Shown here one piece after another: positions 1 to 9,452 of a stretch of 64,000 nt of DNA; the first letter of the stretch is position 1; each line of letters starts with the position of its first letter. The stretch lies in IMG/VR virus record IMGVR_UViG_3300043411_000942, positions 168,938-232,937 of that record; one strand, 5' to 3'. The notes below the pieces were generated by a model that saw only the letters and a program-made list of their open reading frames with translations, did not search any database and was not told the origin of the DNA. A program made the translations under genes and the position numbers.

Positions 1-252
1 TCTTGTACGGATACCGGGTTCCAGAAGATGACCATTACTCAGTGCGGTCCTGCACTGTACCAGAGAAACGATAACTTCCGTAGGCTGGTCCTAACGAAGG
101 CGATTGCTTCCTACAAGAAGCTATCCCCCTTCCGTGAGATGAGCGTGGACGACCTACGAGAGAAGCTTGGGATGTCTTCCGGAGGAGGGGTTGTGTCCCC
201 TGGTTCGGACCTCTCTACAGAAGACTTCACCAACATTCTGAACAACGTCTGA
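1..252 (+). CDS. 3' end of a gene truncated by the window start (possibly ssDNA-binding protein)
   Basis: Frame is open from base 1 to the TGA at 250-252; Gly/Ser/acidic C-terminal tail; lies ahead of recombination genes. Product is a guess. Confidence 0.45.
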   Translation, partial: SCTDTGFQKMTITQCGPALYQRNDNFRRLVLTKAIASYKKLSPFREMSVDDLREKLGMSSGGGVVSPGSDLSTEDFTNILNNV

Positions 253-263
253 CGTTACCCCCT

Positions 264-298
264 AAGGGGAAGGGGCTTTAATGTAGCTCCTTCCCCTT
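264..298 (+). terminator. Stem-loop, probable intrinsic terminator
   Basis: AAGGGGAAGGGGCT-TTAATGT-AGCTCCTTCCCCTT followed by a T-rich tract, just after a stop codon. Confidence 0.6.
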
Positions 299-318
299 TC
301 GCCTTTGTTTGAGGGGTA

Positions 319-960
319 ATGCTGTCTATTGGTTTAGACCCATCGATGTCTGGGTTTGGTTGGTGCGTCCACGACTCAAACGCCCTAGGTAAGTCTAGGG
401 TTCTGGATAAGGGTAGGTTCGCAAGTCCATCCTCTGCGGCATTCATTAGTCGCTATATTGGACTTAGGGCTTGCGTTTGTGACTTGCTGGATGGTTGGCC
501 AGAGGTGACTCATGTTGGTGTAGAGTCTCCTCCGTTTGGGGAGCTGTGGTCAGAGGGTCTGTACGGGCTGTTCTTGTACGTGAATGAGGCTATCTACACG
601 CGTAAGCGGGATGTAGTCTACTTTGATCCTCTCACACTGAAGTACCTAACTAAGGAGGATCCTACCCTACGACAAGGTAAGATGTTCAAGGCAGACATGA
701 TCGCCTTGGCAAAGGCCGACACTGGCATCGTAAAGTGGAGTGCCGATGAGGCGGATGCTTACCACCTAGCTAGATTTGCAGCTAGGTTTTGGAGTTTGAT
801 GGACGGGACAATCACCCAAGACGTCCTGTTACCCACTGAGCAACGAGTGTTTCTACGTGAGCAAACCTTCACCAAAGGCAAGCATAAGGGGGAGACTCAC
901 CAGGACGGGACAATATTTCGTGAGAACGACAGATTCTTTAGATTCTCGGAGCGCAAATGA
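319..960 (+). CDS. ruvC: RuvC-like Holliday junction resolvase
   Basis: N-terminal IGLDPSM..FGW, internal VESP, C-terminal ADEADAY: the RNase H-fold acidic residues of RuvC. Confidence 0.8.
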   Translation: MLSIGLDPSMSGFGWCVHDSNALGKSRVLDKGRFASPSSAAFISRYIGLRACVCDLLDGWPEVTHVGVESPPFGELWSEGLYGLFLYVNEAIYTRKRDVVYFDPLTLKYLTKEDPTLRQGKMFKADMIALAKADTGIVKWSADEADAYHLARFAARFWSLMDGTITQDVLLPTEQRVFLREQTFTKGKHKGETHQDGTIFRENDRFFRFSERK

Positions 961-2207
961 GTAAGATCGCTGCTACTACGGTAAAGTCTCAACCCAAAGA
1001 CAAGTCTTCAGTGACTAGGGCGAATGTTCTAGGGGCTTTAGCCGCTATCAAGAAGATAACTGGGGCAACTCCAGTTGGGTCTACTACGGTTACGTTCCCC
1101 CATATCCCATCCAACATCATCCAGATAGACAACCTTTTGGGGGGCAGTCCACTACCAGACGGTAGTGGACTGACATGTCCAGGCTACGCAAGAGGTCGCA
1201 TTATCGAGGTGTACGGTGCTGAGTCTAGCGGCAAGACTACCCTAGCTTTGGGGGCAATAGGGAATGTGCGTAAGATGGGAGGCACGTCCATGTTCCTGGA
1301 CTTCGAGAACTCCCTGCACCATGGGTACGCTCAGAAAGTCATTGGAGGTCCCTTCAACGATACGGACACAATCTGCTATGCGCCTGACACGCTTGAAGAT
1401 GGCTTCAAGATGCTGTACATCGCAATCAAGGCTGGATTCGACCTGATTGTTGTTGACTCTGTTGCGGCTATGATTCCGAAGAAGGAGCTGGACAAGAAGC
1501 TAGGGGATGTTGCGGCTATTGGCGCCCTCGCACGAGCTATGTCGGAGAATATCTCTAAGCTCGTTCAGTGGCAGAAGAAGGCCCCAAACACAGTGGTTAT
1601 GCTGCTGAATCAGATTCGGTCTACGATTACATCCGGACCTGGGGACAACGAGACTACAGCTGGTGGAAAGGCAGTGAAGTTCTACGCAACTCACCGTCTC
1701 AAGCTCACTCGGATTCGTTCGGACATTATCGAGAGAGTCGATCTAAACACTGGCAAGAAGAAGAAGGTCCCATTCGGAAACGTCACCCTCGTGAAGGTGG
1801 TGAAAAACAAGCTGGACGGTAAGCAGGGACATACGGCTGAAGTCTTCATTCGGTACGGGTACGGGCTAGACGAGTTCATGTCCCTCATTGAGTGCGGCAT
1901 CCCAAGGAAAATTATCCACAAGGATGGTGCTACTTACACCTACAATGGTGAGAAGTTCAAGGGTAAGGATCGACTGCGCAAGTACCTCATTGAGAACCCT
2001 AAAGCTGCTGCGGAGCTTCGCGCAAAGATCCACAAGGCCCTACTCCAGGAGAAACCTGAGGCGGCATCTCAGGAGGAAGACGTAGAGGATGACGACATCC
2101 AGTCTGACTCGACGGCTGGAATCTCTGATGATGACCAAGCGGATAGTGGCATTGACGAGGAAGCGCTAGATGTAGCTATGTCCGCAGAAGAGCTTCCTGA
2201 GGGCTAA
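957..2207 (+). CDS. recA: RecA recombinase with acidic C-terminal tail
   Basis: GRIIEVYGAESSGKTT Walker A, IVVDSVAAM Walker B, LNQIR, GGKAVKFYA, VKVVKNK. Confidence 0.95.
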   Translation: MSKIAATTVKSQPKDKSSVTRANVLGALAAIKKITGATPVGSTTVTFPHIPSNIIQIDNLLGGSPLPDGSGLTCPGYARGRIIEVYGAESSGKTTLALGAIGNVRKMGGTSMFLDFENSLHHGYAQKVIGGPFNDTDTICYAPDTLEDGFKMLYIAIKAGFDLIVVDSVAAMIPKKELDKKLGDVAAIGALARAMSENISKLVQWQKKAPNTVVMLLNQIRSTITSGPGDNETTAGGKAVKFYATHRLKLTRIRSDIIERVDLNTGKKKKVPFGNVTLVKVVKNKLDGKQGHTAEVFIRYGYGLDEFMSLIECGIPRKIIHKDGATYTYNGEKFKGKDRLRKYLIENPKAAAELRAKIHKALLQEKPEAASQEEDVEDDDIQSDSTAGISDDDQADSGIDEEALDVAMSAEELPEG

Positions 2208-3428
2208 ATGCTTGAAGTTGAGGTCAGAGGGTTTCAATCGATAGAGCATGTAAAGCTCCAGATTGATGGATTTACCGCACTAACGGGTAGGTCTAACATA
2301 GGTAAGAGTGCGTTCGTGAGGGCTATGAAAGTGGCCCTCACGAACTCAGGTGGAGTTGCCTTTGTTCGACACGCTATCGATTGCGCAAGAGCGCTAAGAG
2401 GAGCCAAAACCTGTAAGTGTCAATCCTCTGTTCATATCGTAGGTGAAGGCTTCGACTTACTGTGGGAAAAGGGGGATGCCGTCAACCGGTATGTGTTCAA
2501 TGGTAACACGTACGATAAACCGGGAGCTGGTACCCCAGATTTCCTTATGTCTAGTGGGTTTGCGCCTGTGAAGATAGGGGGTAACTCCGTACTGATTCAG
2601 GTGTCGGACCAATTTTACCCCATCTTCATGCTAGATCAGTCTGGCCCAGCAGCAGCAGAAGCTATCTCTGATGTGGCTAGCCTAGGTAGGGTAAATAGTG
2701 CTCTACGACTTGTGGAAAAAGATCGTAGAGAGGCTCTCGCTACTCAAAAGGTGCGGGATAAGGACCTAAAGGAGACCCAGGAGCACCTTACGCAATATGT
2801 CGACTTAGACCTAGGTTTGAGTTGTGTAGATGCTGTAGTTCAACAGCTCGCTACCGTAAGGGGGAAGCTCCGAGACCTAGATGAGGTGGATGGGTTCATC
2901 CTTGCCCTACAGGGCATCTCAGATAGGTTAAGGACCATATGGCGAATCAGCTCAGTGGTAACCCCAGAGTCCGAGTCCATCTCAGGTCCCCACCGTAGGC
3001 TGCTACAGATTCAGGAGTTTAACTCGGAGGTTGAGAAGCGAGAGGGTAGCCTAGCCAAACTCCTTCCCCTTCAGGGGCTACTGAACTCGACTAAGCTGGA
3101 TGTTGACTTGACCCTTGGGCATAAGCAATTACGTCAACTTAGTAACTGGGTACTTCGACTTAAGGACCTCAAGTTGAAGTTTGCTAGTCTTGAGCGAGCT
3201 GGAACGACTTGGCAGGGGGTAGGTGCAGCCGACCTTAACCTCTCTGCCCTTAAGCAGCTCCAGCAATTTCAAGTGAAGTTGGCCAGCCTACAGAAGACTA
3301 TTGCAGACATCGAAGCTCAAGTGTCTAACCTCGATCAAGTGGAGGTCGGGTTGCAGGCTGAGTTGGATGAAATAGGGGCGTGCCCAACCTGCCTACAAGC
3401 TATTCACGGAGAGCACCACCATGCCTAG
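2208..3428 (+). CDS. SbcC/Rad50-like ATPase, N-terminal half (Walker A, Q-loop, coiled coil, Zn hook)
   Basis: VRGFQSI, GRSNIGKS Walker A, DQF Q-loop, long coiled coil ending in CPTC; no Walker B in this ORF. Confidence 0.85.
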   Translation: MLEVEVRGFQSIEHVKLQIDGFTALTGRSNIGKSAFVRAMKVALTNSGGVAFVRHAIDCARALRGAKTCKCQSSVHIVGEGFDLLWEKGDAVNRYVFNGNTYDKPGAGTPDFLMSSGFAPVKIGGNSVLIQVSDQFYPIFMLDQSGPAAAEAISDVASLGRVNSALRLVEKDRREALATQKVRDKDLKETQEHLTQYVDLDLGLSCVDAVVQQLATVRGKLRDLDEVDGFILALQGISDRLRTIWRISSVVTPESESISGPHRRLLQIQEFNSEVEKREGSLAKLLPLQGLLNSTKLDVDLTLGHKQLRQLSNWVLRLKDLKLKFASLERAGTTWQGVGAADLNLSALKQLQQFQVKLASLQKTIADIEAQVSNLDQVEVGLQAELDEIGACPTCLQAIHGEHHHA

Positions 3429-4398
3429 GGTTGCATTTGTATGTAGGACTGACACTCACTTGTCAGATCGAAGCCCCATTTCCTGGAAGGCCGACTACCC
3501 AATGGAGGTGTGGTCTAGCCTAGAGCAGGTAGGAGCCCTGGCTAAGAAGTGGGAAGCTAACGCTGTCCTGGATGCAGGGGATTACTTCCACGTAAAGGCT
3601 GCTACAAAGAATCCGCATCGACTAGTGGAGCGCTCTGCCAGGCTGCATCAAGGGTACTCATGTCCTACGTTCTGTGTGGAGGGTAATCACGACATAGCCT
3701 ACAACAACCTTGATACGCTCGCGGATCAGCCGCTTGGGGTACTGTACGCCACGAAGGTGTTCCAGCACCTGCGGGAGGAAGTCTTCCGAGATGGGAACTT
3801 ACAGGTCCGTGTGGTCGGGGTTCCCTACAGTCCGGTTCGTAAGCTGAGTGAGTTGTTGCAGATCCAAAAAAAGCCTGGAGATACTCACCTTATTGCCGTA
3901 GTTCACACGCTAGCATCGAAGACCCCTCCACCTCAAGTCGAGGACTTCTGGAACGAGCCAGTCTTCTCCTACGAGTCTCTAGTGAGTAGGAATGGGCCAG
4001 ATTGCTGGGTATTTGGGCATTGGCACAAGGATCAGGGTGTCGAAGAGATCTCAGGGGTAAAGTTCGTGAACAATGGTGCCCTATCGAGAGGTGCGCTCGT
4101 TCGAGAGAACCTAACTAGGATCCCTAAAGCCTCCATCATCGAGATCGATAACGGCAAGCTATCTGTCACGTCCTCTCTAATTTCCGTGGCGTCCGCTGAA
4201 GACGTGTTCGACTTGGAGCGAAAAGCTACTCAAGAGCGAGAACGTAAAGATATCGAGCAGTTTGTTCTACAGTTGATGATGAAGGGTGCTATTGACCCTA
4301 CGTCTAGCATCGAGGAGAACATTCGAACGCTTGGTTTTGCAGATGAGGTTCGGGATGCTGCTCTACGCTACTTTGAACTTGTTGACACAGTGGGGTAA
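3421..4398 (+). CDS. SbcD/Mre11-like metallophosphoesterase nuclease
   Basis: TDTHL, AGDYFH, EGNHD, FGHWH phosphoesterase motifs; overlaps the SbcC-N gene. Confidence 0.9.
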   Translation: MPRVAFVCRTDTHLSDRSPISWKADYPMEVWSSLEQVGALAKKWEANAVLDAGDYFHVKAATKNPHRLVERSARLHQGYSCPTFCVEGNHDIAYNNLDTLADQPLGVLYATKVFQHLREEVFRDGNLQVRVVGVPYSPVRKLSELLQIQKKPGDTHLIAVVHTLASKTPPPQVEDFWNEPVFSYESLVSRNGPDCWVFGHWHKDQGVEEISGVKFVNNGALSRGALVRENLTRIPKASIIEIDNGKLSVTSSLISVASAEDVFDLERKATQERERKDIEQFVLQLMMKGAIDPTSSIEENIRTLGFADEVRDAALRYFELVDTVG

Positions 4399-4400
4399 TC

Positions 4401-5366
4401 GTGTACATTTCATACTCTGGTTACAAGTCTAACGAGCAGTGCCCGTTGTCCTACTGGCATCGGTATGTAAACAAGACGGTGCTAACTGCCCCAGATAACG
4501 GTGTGAATGCCCTCTACGGGATAATCATTGGCACGGTTTTCGAGATCTTCTATCGAGATCGAATTTGGAAGCACGTCAACTACGTAGATAAGTTGCAGGA
4601 TCTCGTTGAGCCCGTCTACCTTGAGTCCACAAAACCTCAAAAGGGTAGGATTATTGACTGGGGGGACGAGAGGTCGAACTATGCAAGTAAAGAGGCCTTA
4701 CTAGTCGATGTTCGAGACTCTATCCCACGGGGCATAGACACTATCCGACGAAATAGGCTCGTTGGTAGGTATGCGGAGGCTGAGGTAAAGCTTGACACGA
4801 AGTTTGGGGAGCATCTTATTGGAGGTAGAGCTGACTTCCTAATCCAGAGGGTGGCTCCTGACGGTGACCTCGTGTTGCTTGACGGTAAGGGGTCAAAGCA
4901 CAGAGATAAGTATGTCGATGGGCACGCTAAGAAAGCTGGAAAGCAAGTAGAGGGTGTGCAGCTCAAGTGGTACGCCTTCCTGCATAGAGCTAAGCTAAAT
5001 AAGGTCCCTGACCAGCTAGGCTATGTCTTCTGGAGATTTGAGGGGGACGCTGCTATGGAGTGGATCCCGTTCACCAAGTTCGATCTAGACCAGCTTCAAC
5101 ACGAGGTGTTGTCAACGGTCGACAGGGTGTCCGGGTCAATCCAGAAGCTTGCTAAGGTGAGCGGTAAGGCTCAAGAGCACTCGGAGTTGCTACAGGAGTT
5201 GTTCCCAGCTCAGCCAGGTTGGCACTGTTCGTTGTGTTCGTACCTTCCGGTGTGTGAGGAGGGTAAGAAAAAAGTAGCTTCCATTCAAAATCAACAACGA
5301 AAACCTAGGCCTACCATACCCCAGAGTGGTGTACTAGAGGATGGCCTGTCTTTAGATGAGGAGTGA
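4401..5366 (+). CDS. PD-(D/E)XK exonuclease (RecB/AddB/Cas4-like)
   Basis: SYS..K...QCP at the N-terminus, GRADF, LLDGKG, QLKWY, C-terminal CSLCSYLPVC (four-Cys Fe-S staple pattern). Confidence 0.8.
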   Translation: MYISYSGYKSNEQCPLSYWHRYVNKTVLTAPDNGVNALYGIIIGTVFEIFYRDRIWKHVNYVDKLQDLVEPVYLESTKPQKGRIIDWGDERSNYASKEALLVDVRDSIPRGIDTIRRNRLVGRYAEAEVKLDTKFGEHLIGGRADFLIQRVAPDGDLVLLDGKGSKHRDKYVDGHAKKAGKQVEGVQLKWYAFLHRAKLNKVPDQLGYVFWRFEGDAAMEWIPFTKFDLDQLQHEVLSTVDRVSGSIQKLAKVSGKAQEHSELLQELFPAQPGWHCSLCSYLPVCEEGKKKVASIQNQQRKPRPTIPQSGVLEDGLSLDEE

Positions 5367-5369
5367 GTC

Positions 5370-5648
5370 ATGTTAGCACCCGATGAACTTGAGCGTAAAA
5401 TTGCAGACCTTATCTCCAGGAACCAGCGGGTTCTTAAGCGTAAGACTGAGCTAGGGGGAGAGTTGAAGTCTAAGAAGGAGGAGCTGGCGAATCTCGTTGC
5501 AGAGATCAAAGCAGCTGGGTACAACCCCAAGACTTTGGTGGAGGACCGAGACAAAACGCAGCAGGAGCTAGAGACCCTAATGCTCTCCTTTGAGAAGGGG
5601 CTGGTTGAAGCTGAGACCACAATCGAGGATTACGACAAGAAGAAGTAG
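5370..5648 (+). CDS. Small coiled-coil protein
   Basis: GAGGAG RBS upstream; heptad-rich E/K/L sequence. Confidence 0.7.
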   Translation: MLAPDELERKIADLISRNQRVLKRKTELGGELKSKKEELANLVAEIKAAGYNPKTLVEDRDKTQQELETLMLSFEKGLVEAETTIEDYDKKK

Positions 5649-5652
5649 TCCG

Positions 5653-6849
5653 ATGAAATTTGCAGCAAACATTGCAGACTTATTGGAAGCCGTTAGTCTC
5701 GTTGGCATTGTCACCCCAGCGAAGGACTCTGGCTATCTATTCAAGGTAGTGGGCGAGCGTTGCTACGTCTACTCCAGTGATAGTCTGTGTGTGGCAAGAG
5801 CTGAGTTCGCTGTAAGCTCTGACGCGGATGGGGAGTTTATCTACCCCGTTGCGAACATCGACGCCTTGCGTTTCCTCGGTAAGCATACCGTTAGGTTTGA
5901 GACCGTGGAGGAGGAGGGGAAGTTCATTGTACGCTACCAAGCGTCGAATGGGGCCAAGTCTGAGCGCACCACAAGGAACCCTAAATCCCTATCTACTTGC
6001 GACCAGGAGTTGCAAAAAGCAGAGGAAGCTTACACTGTCTCAGCTAAGGTGCTCCAAAAAGCCCTTGTGCTCAGCAAGCCATTCATGGGTAAGGACGCCC
6101 CACAGGAGAAGTTCAGGTCCATACGGTTGCATACAGACCTGGGTGACGGGTACCTTTGCGCCTCAGATGGGCAGAAGGCATCCTTCTTTTGGTCTGAGGC
6201 CTTTCAGGGTAAGGCCTTCTCCGTTCACCAGCTCCACCTAGACAATCTGATAGGGTTTCTGGCAAAGAGTCCTGGGGAGATTCAGGTCCTCTTTGGGGCC
6301 CAGTTTACCTTTGCTCGAAACACGAAAGGTCAAGTGTTTGGCTGGCCAAAGTACGCAAATGCGGATGGTATTTTCAGCACTTACGCTCTAGATATCGACT
6401 ACTTTGTTCTTGGGGTTGATCGGCAGCAACTGTACGGGACTCTCCAGTATCTGAAGAAAGAGCTGGACTCCAATTACGAGAAGGTGCGGATAGTCTACTC
6501 TCACGAGCAATGTAACCTTGAGTTTGTGATTGCAGATGGGTCCTCTAAGATCAAGAGCCCCCCTACAGCCGTGAGGTTAAAGTCAAAACCGGACGGTGAG
6601 GTTTGGGCTCTACCTGAAAGTTGGTCTTTCGATATCAGCTTAGACCACCTCATGTCCTTGGTTAAAGATAACCTCAGCCCTGAAGTGGAGCTGCGAGTGT
6701 GGTGGTGTCAAGTAGCCGAAGCTCGAAAACCAACTGGGGTGTTTCGCACTATAGATGAGTTTCGATTGGACTCCAATGGAGAGTCAGTCCCTGACTCGGA
6801 AGGTTCCGTGCTATGTCGAGTCATACGATTCATGTCCTCCCGAATGTAG
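5653..6849 (+). CDS. DNA polymerase III beta sliding-clamp-like protein
   Basis: Start moved to ATG 5653 (MKFAANIADLLEAVSLV, clamp-like N-terminus); ASDGQK motif; about 400 aa; a DnaX-like loader lies nearby. Confidence 0.6.
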   Translation: MKFAANIADLLEAVSLVGIVTPAKDSGYLFKVVGERCYVYSSDSLCVARAEFAVSSDADGEFIYPVANIDALRFLGKHTVRFETVEEEGKFIVRYQASNGAKSERTTRNPKSLSTCDQELQKAEEAYTVSAKVLQKALVLSKPFMGKDAPQEKFRSIRLHTDLGDGYLCASDGQKASFFWSEAFQGKAFSVHQLHLDNLIGFLAKSPGEIQVLFGAQFTFARNTKGQVFGWPKYANADGIFSTYALDIDYFVLGVDRQQLYGTLQYLKKELDSNYEKVRIVYSHEQCNLEFVIADGSSKIKSPPTAVRLKSKPDGEVWALPESWSFDISLDHLMSLVKDNLSPEVELRVWWCQVAEARKPTGVFRTIDEFRLDSNGESVPDSEGSVLCRVIRFMSSRM

Positions 6850-7511
6850 ACGATCTAACCTTGCGTGTTCGTGCCCTACAGGACAAGGCGTTACGAGCTA
6901 AGACCATTCGAGACCAGCTGGTCACTACCGCGACTGCCAGAGAACTTGAGATCCTAGAGCTGAAAAAGAAGCAGGACATCCTAGTGAAGGTGTCCGAGCT
7001 GTACCGAACCCTTATGGATCGACTCGTCCTGCATCAGGTGAAGATGACAGAGGACATCGTTACAGAGGGGTTGAAGGCTATCTTTTTCGATCAAGACCTC
7101 AAGTTTAAGGCCGAAGTAACGTCCAAGTACAACAAGATAAGCGTTGAGTTCCTTATCTGTATCGGGGATCCGGACAATGGTGGGTTTGTAGGTGCCCCAT
7201 TGGAGTCCTTTGGGGGTGGTCCTGCTACGGTTGCCAGTCTCATTCTCCGTATCTTGACGCTTTTACGTCTCAAACGACAGAAGTTACTGTTACTAGATGA
7301 GACGCTTGCTGCGATATCGGATGAGTACATAGAGCCGACTGCTCAGTTCCTATCTAAGCTTGCAGGTGCAAGTGGATTGAATCTACTCTTAATTGCACAC
7401 AAAGCTGCTTGGTCGGACTATGCCAATAGCAGCTACCACGGGGATCTTAAGGCTGAGGTTGGCTCTAAGCCGAAACTCCACCTCAAAAAAGTACGAGGCC
7501 CTACGTGTTAA
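6813..7511 (+). CDS. SbcC/Rad50-like ATPase, C-terminal half (signature, Walker B, H-loop)
   Basis: Coiled coil, then ESFGGG signature, LLLLDE Walker B and LIAH H-loop; exact start uncertain. Confidence 0.85.
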   Translation: MSSHTIHVLPNVDDLTLRVRALQDKALRAKTIRDQLVTTATARELEILELKKKQDILVKVSELYRTLMDRLVLHQVKMTEDIVTEGLKAIFFDQDLKFKAEVTSKYNKISVEFLICIGDPDNGGFVGAPLESFGGGPATVASLILRILTLLRLKRQKLLLLDETLAAISDEYIEPTAQFLSKLAGASGLNLLLIAHKAAWSDYANSSYHGDLKAEVGSKPKLHLKKVRGPTC

Positions 7512-8179
7512 AGGTGCAGGTCGAACATAGGTTGAGTGAGTTACTAGCTAGTGCTCGTAATAGCTACATTGCAGAGTTTACCGAGTGCTTACCTCACCAC
7601 TGTGTGCACAACTACAGGCACTCCTTAGATCAACGAAAGCTGATTGGGTCAGAGGCTAACCCTGATTACAATCGGGTTACGTCATCGAAGCGCAGCTTGC
7701 CCGTCCTCCAAACAATTGGGCTGTGCATGTTAGGGTCCGACGATCCTGAGAGTTGGAGTGGGACTATCTGTGAGGAGCCTCTTGACGCCAAGCGTTGTGG
7801 TGACTTCACTTTAGCTCGCTCAGAGAGTGAACTTTTAGGTGAATTCGAGGCGTTGCTTCAGGACGATTCTTGGGTGGAGTTGAATCTCCCTCAGGTTCAT
7901 ACCCTACGTTGGGTCCTCTCACTGGAGGGTGGTGCCGACCCTAGCCCGATCCTCGTAGAGGCGCCACAGGCCACAGTAGAAGCGTCACAGGCCTCAGTTC
8001 TGTTCCCTTGTTGCCACTGTGGGGTACCCCTTGAAAACGAGTGGTCCCCTACCTCCTGCTGTCCCTCCTGCGACAAGACCCCAGAAGCGCTGCCGACTCT
8101 TGTAGAGACGTTGCCCCTCGTACCAGTAAGGGTCACCCTATGGGGTCGAATACTTCAATGGTTTCGGAGCTTTCGCTAG
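7505..8179 (+). CDS. Cys-rich hypothetical protein
   Basis: CVHN, ICEE..AKRC, CCHC and CCPSC clusters; coupled to neighbouring genes. Confidence 0.6.
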   Translation: MLKVQVEHRLSELLASARNSYIAEFTECLPHHCVHNYRHSLDQRKLIGSEANPDYNRVTSSKRSLPVLQTIGLCMLGSDDPESWSGTICEEPLDAKRCGDFTLARSESELLGEFEALLQDDSWVELNLPQVHTLRWVLSLEGGADPSPILVEAPQATVEASQASVLFPCCHCGVPLENEWSPTSCCPSCDKTPEALPTLVETLPLVPVRVTLWGRILQWFRSFR

Positions 8180-8764
8180 ATGCTATCTATCCTATCGCAG
8201 TTACTCGTTCCTGATCGACATCGACCTAAGTCTGCAAAGGTGGGCTTAGCAGTGCCGATGATGATTGAGTTGCCAGGGGTAAGTACAGCCAAACAGGCGC
8301 TTGCTACGAATACGAGGGGGGACTTCGTTCAAACTCGTAGGACGGCAGATGGTACTTTACGTCTAGGGTTGTTCGATTGCCCCTTGGAGGACGAACCCAA
8401 GGTACTAGCTAAGCTTTTCCGAACCCTTCAGAGGGAGGCTAAGTTAGAGGGATGGAAGACGTGCCACCCTGACTTGGTTTCAGCTCTGAGTAAGATGCGG
8501 GAGGTTGGTACGACCCCTAAGTCCGTGGTACTGGCTAGTGATCTAGCGAAAGCTGTCACAAACCATGAGCTAAAGGAGGGGGAGACTTTGACCTTGAGTG
8601 GGTTGAATGTAATCACCACGAACGGATTAGTGGACGGTCAGGCTATGGTGGCAGCTAACCCTACAGCTCTTGGGGTTTATGTGCGCATTGGAGACCAGCT
8701 TGGTATCCAATTGTACGATGTTCAACATAACCTCTACCTTGTTGACCCTAGCTATGTGGGTTGA
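8180..8764 (+). CDS. Hypothetical protein resembling the C-terminal part of the major capsid protein
   Basis: TLSGLNVITTNGLVDGQAMVAANPTALGVYVR aligns by eye with TLWGAQIITSRLVPAGFVYICAEPENFGRFPVR of 38561..39433. Confidence 0.55.
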   Translation: MLSILSQLLVPDRHRPKSAKVGLAVPMMIELPGVSTAKQALATNTRGDFVQTRRTADGTLRLGLFDCPLEDEPKVLAKLFRTLQREAKLEGWKTCHPDLVSALSKMREVGTTPKSVVLASDLAKAVTNHELKEGETLTLSGLNVITTNGLVDGQAMVAANPTALGVYVRIGDQLGIQLYDVQHNLYLVDPSYVG

Positions 8765-9449
8765 TACGTTTACAGCTCACACTCACGAGCTACTCCTTAC
8801 CTCAGAGCCTGTTCTGGAGTTTCTTTGGGGTAGAGGAGTCTCTAACGATCAGATTGAATCGTTCAATCTCGGGTACTTTGATGGAGAGTTACCTCCAGCT
8901 CAGTACTCCAGCGAGTTCCTAGATTGGGCTAAGGGTGGCCTAAAGCTCAGGCAGACCCTCGTTTTCCCTTTGACGAATGCGCTAGGCAGTGTAAGAGGAG
9001 TTCAAGTACGAGCCTTGGACCGTAGCAAGTACTCTGACTTCTTCTTGACTAGCTCTGAGCCGGTACTATTCGGACTGGGGCAGGCAATGCCCCATATTTG
9101 GAAGGACGAGTCTACGATAGTCGTAGAGGGGGTGTTCGATTTATTCCCTGTCCAAAGAGTCAACCCCACGGTTGTATCCACCTTAACTGCAAAAGTCAGT
9201 GAGTCTTTTGCTCGCACGCTAAAACGAGTCGCTCACACCATTTACCCGTTCTACGATTCGGACGCGAAGGGTAGACATGGTGTAGAGGCTATACGCACCA
9301 AGTACGGTAGAGACCTTACTGTACGCCCTATCGAATACCCACTAGGCCTAAAGCTAATTGATGGTACCCCCATCAAAGATCCTGGTAACCTGTGGGAAGC
9401 CTTGGGTGATGAACGTTTCGCTCAATTTTTGACCCAACAACTGGAGTAA
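8754..9449 (+). CDS. DnaG-type primase catalytic/TOPRIM core (no Zn-binding domain)
   Basis: FL.GRG, FNLGY, LVFPL, LFGL, VVEGVFD, YDSDAKG, KDPG; start moved to ATG 8754. Confidence 0.85.
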   Translation: MWVDTFTAHTHELLLTSEPVLEFLWGRGVSNDQIESFNLGYFDGELPPAQYSSEFLDWAKGGLKLRQTLVFPLTNALGSVRGVQVRALDRSKYSDFFLTSSEPVLFGLGQAMPHIWKDESTIVVEGVFDLFPVQRVNPTVVSTLTAKVSESFARTLKRVAHTIYPFYDSDAKGRHGVEAIRTKYGRDLTVRPIEYPLGLKLIDGTPIKDPGNLWEALGDERFAQFLTQQLE

Positions 9450-9452
9450 GTT

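Noticed and set aside
4401-5366. Cas4-like nuclease as evidence of a CRISPR-Cas system
   Set aside because: No repeat-spacer array or other cas genes seen; the context is recombination.
2208-7511. Split intein joining the two SbcC halves
   Set aside because: No block A at the end of 2208..3428 and no block F/G at the start of 6813..7511.
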